Shown: positions 1 to 11,022 of the stretch, piece by piece
Position numbering within the stretch: the first letter of the stretch is position 1
Layout of the letters: each line of letters begins with the position of its first letter
Assembly (NCBI RefSeq): GCF_964194025.1
Contig: NC_134470.1
Span: 20,708,001-20,772,000 of the forward strand
DNA: 64,000 nt
DNA from: Convolutriloba macropyga
Taxonomy: Eukaryota
Direction: 5' to 3'
Notes under the pieces: generated by a model
The model's database searches: none
Told to the model about the DNA's origin: nothing
Seen by the model: only the letters and a program-made list of their open reading frames with translations
Translations under genes and position numbers: made by a program

Positions 1-3000
1 AATTTTTACGTCAACTAATATTCCGGACACCAGCACGTACGCTTAAGGCCGGTTTAAGATTTAGCCAGTAACAATCGAGTCTTTCATATTGTGAAAATTT
101 AGTCCCACTTTGGTGTAATTACGGTAATGGGGGACCATAGACAAGTACCGACATGAAGGCTATCTTCATTTTGTTTTTCAATTGCTCCTAATGCGCAAGT
201 CCTAGCATTTTAAAAGATCACATGACTCTTTTAGTGGATCATACGAACGCTCAAATCTTACATAATTTTATTACGTACATTGACAATCAATTATATAAAG
301 CAAATGAATTATCCTTTGTCTGCTTTATAATTTTTCTGCAAATTACATAACTTCGTTATGCAACTATATTCATACGTTCAAAAGGTAAAGAAACTCAAAT
401 AATCCTCGAATATCGATGTTGAATTTAGTTTTTAAGACCTCGCGAAAAAATTACTATGATGTAAGTATTTATGCTGAAAGAATGATGTAATGACAACATA
501 CTATTTTTGTAACCTTAATAATTTGACAATTCATTATGACAAATCATTAGATTAATTAAAATGGCGCGCACTTCTGTATGATGCAAGAAAAAAAAGTATG
601 TTCATATTATTGCCACATTAAGCGCAACATATACGCCTAAGTTACAAAAAGCCAATCAGACCAATATGTTTCATTCTAAGAATATTACACCTACGGAGCA
701 GACTAAAAGATGTTCCTTAAACACTTCATCTTTTTCATTGTTATTTGTATCTCGAGAACATCTGGCCAGTACTTGCCAAGAGACCCGATAAACAACAAAT
801 GCACCAGCAGCTTGGAAAATGCAACAGAAAAAATCTGGCTTCTCTATACTCACAGTTAGTGACTTTATTTGATTAGTGGTCCAAAATCAATTGAATTTGT
901 TAATTGAAATTAAATAACTTGACATCCTTTTAACTTGGCCAATTTAATCAATCCACTCAACTGTTGAATACGGTAAAGTAAAACGAGTATCAACCACGCA
1001 AACTATTATGCAAATTAGAAACAGTTCAAAGCAAATTCTGTCACCTAGACAGAAAATCAAAATTTTAATTTACACAGCAACTGCTTTTTCTTGGTTATAC
1101 TCGAGCGTTTTGAGCAGATAAAAACATGTGCTAAACTTTACAAGAAAAGTCCGGAATTTTACCTTACACGCGCATTCATTGACTAATTAAAAGCGAACAC
1201 AATTTTGAGTATTTTTCTAGTACTGACAGCGAAACCAATATCCAAACATATAACGAATAATTCATAAATTCAACGCAAAACGTATCGACTAAATGAAAAT
1301 AATGCAGTACTTGGTTTTTGTAAAAAACAGAAACACGAGAATTTGAGTGTCCGAATGGAAAACAAAAGATCTCTGATTAAAAAGTACTCTGCGTTCAAAA
1401 ATTTTCTCTTCTACCATCGAAGGATACGGAATTATGAAAATATCTCTCGTTAGGGTTATAACCTTCACCTGATTGACTTTCACTATCTGAAGGTGCTTCG
1501 AATTAGCTTTAGATTTAATTTAGTTCTGCCATGCTAAAACAACTTGCAAATTCGACACCTTGCCTCTATTATGTTGATGACCCGCACATCAGCACTTATC
1601 AATTCATTTATTATATGCATTTGTTTTGGCATGAAATACTATTCTATAGAAAAATAGCAGGTTGCGTCTTGGTTGTATCAAACGCTTTTTACAACCACCA
1701 CTCGCTTCCTATTTCATCACATAATGATATGTCATGCAAAAACACAATTGCATTAATGAAGAGAATAAACGGTACGACTGGCAACACCTCTAGAATATTT
1801 AAATAACAAGTATCCAGATTTCTTCCAGAAACAATAGACCAAAACTTTTGTCCACAAATTTGTTGATATCGACGAATTTAATTTTTTGTTTCTAATCATA
1901 ATCAGCTGGATCATTGTATGACGAATACTGTTACAGTGGTAGAGATAGCTGAAAACACGTAGTTACTTTTTCTAACTTTTATCAGCTCAATGTTTGAGTT
2001 CGAAAGTACAGCTGACGTAAATGAATTATGTTTGTAAATTAAGATATGTTCGACCTAGCTACAAATAGAATTTCTGTGTTCTAAATTTTCTTAACGAAAC
2101 AAAAAATTTTGTGGAGCACAGAGGACGGGTTAAGGCCAAGTTTGGGAGCTAAAGACAAACTGGTGAAATGATAAAACAGTAGGCTAGCAAAACTGTCTCA
2201 GCCATATTCTTTCATTTTCAATAATTTTCTCCTGCTTAAATCCATCATTATTGACAATGTTGTGAACATCAACAACTCTGAACTTTGAGCCTTTGAAAGT
2301 GTATTTACCAACCGGCACATGTGCAGCCCAGCCAGATTAAAACCTTCTGAAAATTCGAATAAGTTTGTTTAAATTGAATTGATTCATTTTACTGAACAGA
2401 AAGGTCGCAGTACAGTTATATACTTAAGCTTTTCTCACTGAACTTCATTGAACATGCATTTTTAATTACATTGAATCTCATTGGACTACATTGAATTACA
2501 TTGAGTCCCGATAAAACATTTACTAAAAAGAATTGTTTCGTAATGATATTTATCAAATTCATTTGAGAGTATTAAATTCGAAGTTGCCAATTGTTCTGTT
2601 TCACGAATAAAGCAACTGGATAATGGGAACTAGTGTAGTATTATTTGGCTTTTCATTAATTTTCTGTATTTTTTCAAGTTTAATTAAATTTAACTATTTT
2701 TCAAGTTATGACTCTTCCAAAATAAATGACTTCAATAACACTCTCAAAGGCTTCTTAAGTATTCCACGCCATATAGATACATAGTTTCGGCATAGTCAAG
2801 ACATTTTGATACAATCACGACGAATCCATAACTATAACGTGCAAACTTCACAAATTTTTTTCAGGAAAAATAGCTGAAACAGAGCAACTGCTACTCAATC
2901 TGATCACCTCAGACAGTGCTTCAAAGAGCGAACTTAGTGCCATCAATACTACCCACCCACAACACTGTCAAAACGAAGTGGCCCCTGAATGCCAAGAGAG

Positions 3001-3814
3001 TTTTCTCTGTCTTCAATTAAGCAAACTAGGCGACCAATTTGGAATCGACTATTCCGCTCAACTGCCAACTATCAAAATTCCCCTCAAACAACCAAACTCA
3101 CAAGTTAAATGTTTTACAAGGTGGGCCCAATTTCCCATCACAGGTTGCCAAAAACATTCCTGGATATTCCTGCCTATTTCGATCAAAGCCGGATGAGAGA
3201 ACAGAATCAGATAGAATCGGTAGAGATACCAAGCCCTAACATATCACCAAGTGCAGTGTCTATAGACATATCCATATTTTTAATCCTTTTAAAAATAGCT
3301 ACTATCAATTTCAAATCAATTTTTTATGTTAATGACGAATTCAAGTTTTATAATAAATCAAGTTCTTGCGTAACGATCGATTCATAAACACTTAAAGCGG
3401 ATAAATTGAACACTCCATCTAACTCAAGAAGAATTGGTTTCGAACGACAGTGGCGCCAAATAAGCCTTTAAACAATTAGACGTCAAGCAAGAAAAAAATC
3501 TCAAGAAGTAAATGGGCGAGAAGAGCAAAGTGAACACAATTAAATGATACAAATTTAATTGAGATCGAAGACTCCAGATTAGACAAAGACTGACTTGGCA
3601 AGTAGTCTTATTAACTAAAATACAAACGTTATCAAAAAGCAAAACAGTCCCCATAGAACACTCCGACGCAAAATAGTCCAGCAAACAGTCCTATTTTGAG
3701 ACAGAGAAAAATAAGGCGAGCGACTGTTTACTGTTTTATATGGCGGTAATTTCTCCAGATACTCGAGTAGAAAAAATATAAAAAGGAGTGGTTTCAAAAA
3801 TAACAATCTCAACC

Positions 3815-3826
3815 AGAGAGACAGAC

Positions 3827-3882
<56 letters not shown>

Positions 3883-3892
3883 AGAGAGAGAG
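3815..3892. repeat. (GA)n/(GACA)n microsatellite
   Basis: Directly visible AG dinucleotide run; it accounts for the SLSLSL stretch in ORF 3615..3929. Confidence 0.97.
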
Positions 3893-4016
3893 ATGAGGAA
3901 TCCCTTGAAACTGTTTTAGTTCCGAACAATCTGCAACCAACAAATCAGTCTGTTCAACTAGATTTTCACCAACAAATCACTCTATTCAACTAGACTTTCA
4001 GGCAACACTTGTACGC

Positions 4017-4430
4017 TTATTGTTCCAACCCTTCTCTGAGGGGGGAGGAACTATATAATCAAATGGGTTTCTTTGTTCAGACAATTTTGACCAATCGATA
4101 TAATAATCGTAGAGAGTTGTGAGTAGTAGCATTATAAAGCCCATCCAGCGCAGAATATGGAATTGAAAAGATTTTTTCAATTTTTACGTTTTATAGGGAG
4201 TTATCGAGGTTTAAAGTTTTGTGAATATTAGATGTAATTCAGCTGTTTTTTTCACATTTTTGACCAAATTTTCGTCAATTTTGACCAAATTTTTGACAAT
4301 ATTGCTAAAATTGTCAATTGAAGTGTTATTGATTTTATCTCTGAAGACAGAGGAGGCTTTCTGAATTGTTCGATCCGAGTTTTTTTGGCTAGAATTTATG
4401 CTAAATTTTTCAAAATTCAGACTTTTTCGT
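4017..4430 (+). repeat. Interspersed repeat with terminal hairpin (TTGTTCC...GGAAC); diverged inverted copy at ~19300-19683
   Basis: The reverse complement of 4017-4110 (TATATCGATTGGTCAAAA...TATATAGTTCCTCCCCC...GGAACAATAAG) aligns by eye with 19598-19685, and similarity continues for several hundred bp. Inner boundary is approximate. Confidence 0.6.
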
Positions 4431-4883
4431 CTAAATGGCCTTTTTAGCCATCTTGCATTAAATTTGATGGAAGTAGAGACCTTTAAACTGCGGCCATATT
4501 CTTCTTAATCTCAAAAAAGTATTAGTTGTACTCCCGCCGTCTTCTGGAATTATAATTTTGCCAATGTTTTGCAAATTTATAGTCCAAATTTGACAAACTG
4601 AAAAATTTTGTAAAGAATTGATCTATTTCGCAACCATTCAGACTTTTCATTCAAAATTCAGACTTTTTCGTCAAAAAAAATGGCCTTTTTAGCCAACTTG
4701 CATTAAATTTGATGGAAGTAGACACCTTTAAACTGCGGCCATATTCTTCTTAATCTCAAAAAAGTATTAGTTGTACTCCCGCCGTCTTCTGGAATTATAA
4801 TTTTGCCAATGTTTTGCAAATTTAAAGTCCAAATTTGACGAACTGAAAAGTTTTGTATAGAATTGATCTATGTCGCAACCATT
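4411..4883. repeat. Near-perfect local tandem duplication, ~242-bp period, 2 copies
   Basis: CAAAATTCAGACTTTTTCGTC...GCAACCATT occurs at 4411-4638 and again at 4653-4883. Confidence 0.95.
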
Positions 4884-5200
4884 TCAACAATACAATTGAG
4901 TGTTTTGCTATACGTTCAGCAATGTCTGGGCGGATCTTGATCTCACCATGAATCCTTATGATAAAATTTTAATGGGGCATGACCTTTTTTTTCAAAAAAT
5001 TTCCGCTATGTAAATGGTTTTTTTATTTAAAATACGGACAAAAATTTCAAATCAGAGCTCAATTAATGACATACTGTTTACAATAAACACATTCCAACGA
5101 GATTTTATGGTTTCAGAATTAGGCTCATGGTTTTTTATGGCTCTGACCAATTGTTTTCGTAAAAACTTTATTGACTTGACCAGGATCCTAACACCCTAAC

Positions 5201-5917
5201 GTTCCTTAAACTAATTCAAATTAAACTTAAGCTTTAATGTGCAAAAGTCATTTTATTGAGTGAGGTAAGTCACGTATGATCAAAATTTTATCAGGCAAAT
5301 AAATATCCTAAAAACTTTGGCTGAAAAGAGTGAAAAATGACGTCATGCGCACGCGCACAAATACCGTTAGAGAGGGGAGGAAATCATTTGGTGAATTTGA
5401 CTTTTTCAGCTTGGCTGTGTGAGCAAATGTAAAATGAAAAAAGAGCGTCAGACGACGAAACAATAAAACATAGCACGTCAAGTCCTGACCTACAATTCAA
5501 AGAATTTTCAATGGCTCAACAAAAAAACTACACCTAAAATGAACTATAAATGGTTCCGGAAAACCATTTAAAAATAATCCTATAAAATAAATGAAAAAAA
5601 AAACAGAAATAATCAATGTCAAAATGCCGCATGTCAACAAAAAACCAGAAATCAGAAAGCAAATTTTTTTCAACACCGCTTTCTTACTCTACTTTAAATT
5701 AGAGCACCGAATTTTACGCAGCAAAACCAATCGCTTTTTCGCTCTACTTCCTGTTTTGGCGTGACCAAAATCACAACTCCAATTTGTCTTCAAAAATCAT
5801 GATAATGTGTAACAGATCTTTAAGACAGCGCCCCAATGCAATTCAGATTTTTTGATTTATAAAAAAAACCAAGAGCACCGCAATATAGCTCCGCTCAGCT
5901 TACAGCTTCTCAGCTAT
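5201..5917 (-). mobile_element. Helentron/DINE-like non-autonomous element, older subfamily, truncated in copy A
   Basis: Ends in hairpin TATAGCT...AGCTATA with subTIR TTCTCAGCTAT (5907-5917). Its partner ATAGCTGCGAA plus stem-loop survives only in copy B (11031-11056). Shares the internal ATGCCGCATGT.AACAAAAAACC module with the other copies. Confidence 0.6.
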
Positions 5918-7890
5918 AAACCTACCCGGCATATTGCCGGAAAACAGCCGCCGTTGATTCCCATAACTCTATTGGGATTGAAAGAAAAGAAAATATCAAC
6001 AAAAATTGATTTTTGTATAAAAACATTTTAAGTGCAATTTGTTTTGATGTCATTTCGTAATTGAACATACTTCTGTCTCTCAGTGAGAGGCTAAAAGGTC
6101 TAGTATCAATACCAATAAGCATTATAGATAGTATCTAAAACATATGAGAACAAAGTTCAAGTACCGGGCATATAAAAATGCGCTTTATGGGTTTATCCCG
6201 TTTCTATTCCTGAATTTGATTTTTTATTCTGACCCTCTTCATTTTGAATTGCTTTGCTGAGCAGCTGCTGTTTGAAAGAACTTTGAGCAGAAAGACAGAA
6301 GGGTGAAACAAGTCTAGAGAAGTCAGAAAGCAAAATGTCGAAAAAGCGGCAAAATGGGTAAAGCGAAAAAAAAGTTCGACGAAGTAAAAAAACATAGCAG
6401 GACAAGTCCTGATGTACAATTCAAAGAATTTTCATTGACTAAACAGAAAACAAGACCAAGAACGGATAATGAATGGATTGGGAAAATCATTTAGAAAAAA
6501 ATCCGATCCAAAAAATTGAAAAAAAAAGTAAAAATAAAAGTGAAATTGCCGCATGTGAACAAAAAACCACCAGCGAGAAAGCGAATTTTTGTTCAAACAC
6601 CGGTTTCTCGCTCTACTTTAAAATTAGAGCGGAAAAATTTCACGCCGCAAAACCACTCGCTTTTTCGTTCCATTTCCTGTTTCGGCGTGACCAAAATCAC
6701 TACTCCAATTTGACTTCAAAAATGATGAACATGTGTGAAGAGATCTTAAAAACATAGCCGGAGGAATTCCGAAACCAGCTCGAAGTGGAAATCCATTTAA
6801 ACGCCATCCAAGTACTCATCAGAAAAAAAAACGTGACTCCACTAAATTATGATTATCTTGAATCAAAACAAAACAAAAATCAAATCTTAAAAAATGATAA
6901 AAAAATCTGATCAAATTTTGTTGTAAATTGAGATCCTCAAAATAACTATCTCCGCCAAAATTATTTCATCAAGGCAATTTTTACGTACAAAAACCACTTA
7001 TGAAATCTTTGAAAATACTTGAGGCCAAATTATGAAATAACTTACACTAAAAAACTGGAAAAAGTTAATAAATTTTTTAATATTACAAAAGCATAAAAAT
7101 CCAAAGTAAAATTCCCTTTAGCCAAAAAAGTTTTCAGTTGGTCGCAAAATAATCATCAAGTCATAATACATTAACAAACTTGTCTAAAAAACAGAAGAAA
7201 AAAAAAGAAAAACTGCAAAAAATTGAGAAAAATAGTCCCGACTTTTGCCATTTTTTTTGTCATATTTCTCAACAAAAAATAATTGAAATCCACAAAAGTG
7301 CACCCAATTGTTATAAAAAACCCGCTCAAGTAAAGGGAGGTCTTTTCAATACCCATTTGAGCCAGTAAAACAAAACTATCGTTAAAAAATCGCAAAAACT
7401 AGCCCAAAAATCAGCGAAATACATGAAAAACCTCCGAATTAGCATAAATTTGGTACGAATTTCCAGAAACCTTCAAACCACTACCAAAACCAGCCTAAAA
7501 TTGAAACAAAATCACAACCAAACCTCTTAACCAAAAAAATTGAAATAACTGCTTTAAAATGCCGCACGTGAACAAAAAATTTCGCTTGCTTACAGAATTT
7601 TTTTTCACACCTCAATTTCTCGCTCTCTAGAAAACAGCGGTATGAACAAAAACCACTCTCTTTTCGCTCCGCTCTTCACTTTTGTCCAGCACCAAAATCA
7701 CTCCAATTTTTTTCACGTGTTTCATTTCCCGCTTCAAAATTCACTCCAATATATTTGATTCAAAAAAAGGACTTCTCCAATACTCCTCTTTGAGTCGTAA
7801 AAAAGACAGCGCCCCCAATACAATTCAAATTCTTTGAATTGTAAAAAAAATAGGAGCGCTATAATAGCCGGCTGATGAGGGCGGCTATTA
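5918..7890 (-). mobile_element. Helentron/DINE-like (HINE) non-autonomous element
   Basis: One end is AAACCTACCCGGCATATTGCCGG (stem-loop) followed by subTIR ACAGCCGCC. The other end is TAATAGCCG...GGCGGCTATTA (subTIR plus short IR). Internal modules are repeated; no TSD and no ORF. Confidence 0.75.
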
Positions 7891-8080
7891 ATAAAGCTTT
7901 CTAAATTTTCAGTGCTACTTACTAGGTACTCATCGTTTTGACGAAACCAATCAAAACGATCTTTTGTGACGAAATTCGAAAATAACTTAGTTTCTCGGAA
8001 TTGCGAACTTTTGGGAAATTCAAGAAATATTAAATATTTAATTTCATGTTTATTACAAGTAAGCAAGAGATCTAACTTAC

Positions 8081-8135
8081 TGTGGGAGTCTTGCTCATTT
8101 TTCATTTCTCCACTCTTCATAGGTTGAAGCAAGCC
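8081..8135 (-). pseudogene. Duplicated aftiphilin exon with 83-bp frameshifting deletion (55-nt pseudo-exon)
   Basis: Same TTTTAG acceptor and GTAAGT donor as exon 13756-13893, but the equivalent of 13764-13846 is missing, with GAG microhomology at the join. Confidence 0.85.
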
Positions 8136-11022
8136 CTAAAAAGTTCCTTCAAAGCAGACACATACAATGGGAAGACTTAAATTAGGCTGAACCTGTTTTA
8201 CATGTTGTTAAGATTAATGTTCAAAAATTACATTATCAAGAATTGCACTGAAAAAGCCACAAAACGAATCGCAGTCAACTAGTAGTTGACGTGCCTCGAC
8301 TTGGGAACCTTATGTTTAATCATGATACAGCCTCATGCAGTCTTAGAACACATTCATACAAAATATTGACATGTACTATAACGGAACACGGTCGTGAATA
8401 TGGTAGTAAACATAAGGGAGTTAACATATGGTACTTAAAGAAATAAAAATCTTCTCAATCAATGGCTAACAGGCAAAGTCAATTCCAATAGCAGCAGGAC
8501 TGTAACGCAGATTTTAACGCAGACTGTAACGCTTTTATGTAATAGAATAAGAAATAATTTGGTATTCGAATTCATCATAAGTTTACTAACCAATTGAGCT
8601 GCGTACTTTGGCAAGTTTTGCTTCACCGTGGACAGCTGAAACATACAGCAGTTAGCAGCACGGTGACCCAATGAAACAACAACTATATTGCTATATCAAA
8701 ATATCTCATTTGAGAATCTCTCAGCGCGTGCCACCAACACCCAGTTATTTCACTTTTGACTGAGCAATATCTTCGGCACGCAGCGTTTTCTAACAACATA
8801 TAAATGGAAAAAATGAGGCAAACATACAGCAGCTTTTTCGCAGATATTTGATGTTTTGGAAATCACAAACTTACTCGACTGAAATCTGTAGTATCCGTTG
8901 AGTAAGTTTCGCTTTAATTATATCCACACCAAAGAAGGTATTATAGCCTTTTACCAACCACTTAAATGATTTTAAGTGCACTAAATTTAGAGCACTTTAG
9001 ACTTAGGGTGGGGGTTCAAACTCCAGGAACCATCTGTCACAACACGAAATTGTGTCTCTTCAACAGTTTCGCTGAATCACAAATGTACTAGCAATACATA
9101 ATGCCCTAAAAGCTGTTCCGTCACTTTTTGCCTTCCGGGCTTTACCTGTTCATCGCGTTTTTGAGGACGAAAAGTTTAAAGCGTCAGACACAAGATAAGA
9201 GTATGGTTCTGGTAAGCCTTAGACAATTAGAGCTCAAAGCCTGGGTCGCTTGCGCCCCAGGTTGAGCTCAAATAGCCGAAGGCTTCCTAGAACTATACTA
9301 TAACTTGGTTATACCTTAATATCGCTGTTCAAAACTCAGAGAATAATTGAAATTTATAGTAACATTGCAATTTTACATATTTCGAAAGAAATTTTATTGC
9401 TTTTCTATTTCTAGTTCTTTACTCCCTTCCTGCTCACTCATCAAACAAAACGAGTTCTCGTTCCAAATTGCAATCAATTCGCATCCAATTCTGGCATCCA
9501 ATTTTTCGATAACTCTTTAAGAATTTTTGACGTTTCATCTTCAATAATTGTTTTTAAATAATCTCCAATAATCGTTTGATATTATCGTACGAGCAAAGGA
9601 TCGACGAAGTATTCAACAGGCACTATTGTGGCACTCTCAAAAATACTCTTTATGGTATAAAAAAAATGAGCAAAATATGAAATTATTTCCTTTCATTGAA
9701 TCAATTTTAGACCTTATCAAAAATCTTGTTGCAAAAAGTTTTTTGTGACGGTTGCCTATTTTTAACTATCCCCTTTGATTATCTTTCAAAGGCAAATTCC
9801 TTTTTCTCGGGAAAAATGGTCGTCCAAGAAAAAATGCTTCCAAGAAATTTTTCCAAGAAGTTTACTCAGTTGATTGCTCATTTTTTTTACCATTTTGACA
9901 GCTTGATTTCAACGAGACAGCGAAATAATGACTTCTTGCTTGATCAGCTTTCCAAATTGGTGATTAAGTCTACCTTCATTGTTGATTTTTATGAACAGCG
10001 AAATTAAGGTCTAAATCGGGCAGGCGAGAAATTGCATTTAAAGCGAGACTAACATAACTGCTAGAAAATTAGTTTAAGAGCACTTCGTTACGTGAAAAAC
10101 ATTCAAGCAGCATCTCATGTACAACACAAAATGTGATAAACATATCAACAGTAGAGAAATATTTTTTTCTGACAAAACCACAAGTTAGGTAAAAAAATAA
10201 GTAAAAAGATCGTAAGCGACATCAGTGATATATTTAAAGCCAAAATCATGGTTTCAGAATTAGGCTCATGGTTTTTTATGGCTCTGACCAATTGTTTTTG
10301 TAAGAACTTTATTGATTTGCCCAGGAACCTAAAGCCCTCTGTGCTTTGCCTATTCATCCCGTTTGTAGGGACAAAATGTTAAGGGTCAGACAAAAAATTA
10401 ATCATGCATAAAATTGCATTAAAAAACCACAGGACTAATACAATTGCTACAAAGTAATTTGCTCTCAAACTTCGTTCGCATTAAAAAGATGACTGGTCTA
10501 ATACCATTTCTACAAACTTAATTTGCGAGCAATTAGTAATTATCTCAAACTACATTCCCGAAAAATTTATCGGTTCGCAGGTATCAAATTTTGATAATAA
10601 TGGTCATAATTTCGCTCAACCATAACAACGCTTCAAAAACAATTTAATCGCCGCTCACTCGATATCCAGAGGATTTTAAATTTGAAAAACAAAAATAACT
10701 CACCTCAATATCTTCCAAGCAGTTCACTTCAAAAATTTTAAAATAACTTATTGCCTCGTTAAGTTGAGAAACGTTATAAAATAGTCACTATGAAAATTTG
10801 ACAATTAAAACTAAGTAAAATTTATATAATTAAATCCCGAAAAATTTGCAACAGAACATAGATTATCTGATGAACACCGCAAGCAAAGAACTCGGATGAA
10901 TCAATTAAAGCTCTTCGCAATATTTTAACCACATTTTGTATGGTTTGACAGGTATTTAAGACATCAATCTGATACCAGGTACACCAGATAATGCAACAAA
11001 AAAGGCACAAATGATTGCAAAC

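Larger units (their letters stand above)
5107..10247. repeat. Tandem segmental duplication, copy A
   Basis: Colinear and mostly near-identical to 10248-15968. Relative to B it lacks ~900 bp (10339-11234), 83 bp of the exon and the nested element at 12644-13180. Confidence 0.93.

Noticed and set aside
600-2340. Coding-looking minus-strand stretches as further aftiphilin exons or a gene relic
   Set aside because: Frequent stops, no recognisable motif (no LPDL.FM-type C-terminus) and no consistent splice phase.
3998-4180. ORF with IDWSKLSEQRNPFD resembling the aftiphilin DWS...NPLD motif, as a terminal exon
   Set aside because: The same DNA recurs inverted and non-coding at ~19590-19685, so it is more likely a repeat end; no clear acceptor was found.
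6193-7395. Short Lys/Phe-rich ORFs here and at 12313-12534, 20624-21417 and 30856-31221
   Set aside because: Chance frames in A-tract-rich HINE copies, not conserved in frame across subfamilies.
8560-8670. CFT/RGQL..TAVS as Helitron helicase motif VI
   Set aside because: Needs a frameshift and an extra residue, and no other helicase motifs are nearby.
9400-10000. Decayed minus-strand reading frame within the duplication (another at 20040-20330)
   Set aside because: Interrupted by stops with no assignable motif; a translated search would be needed.
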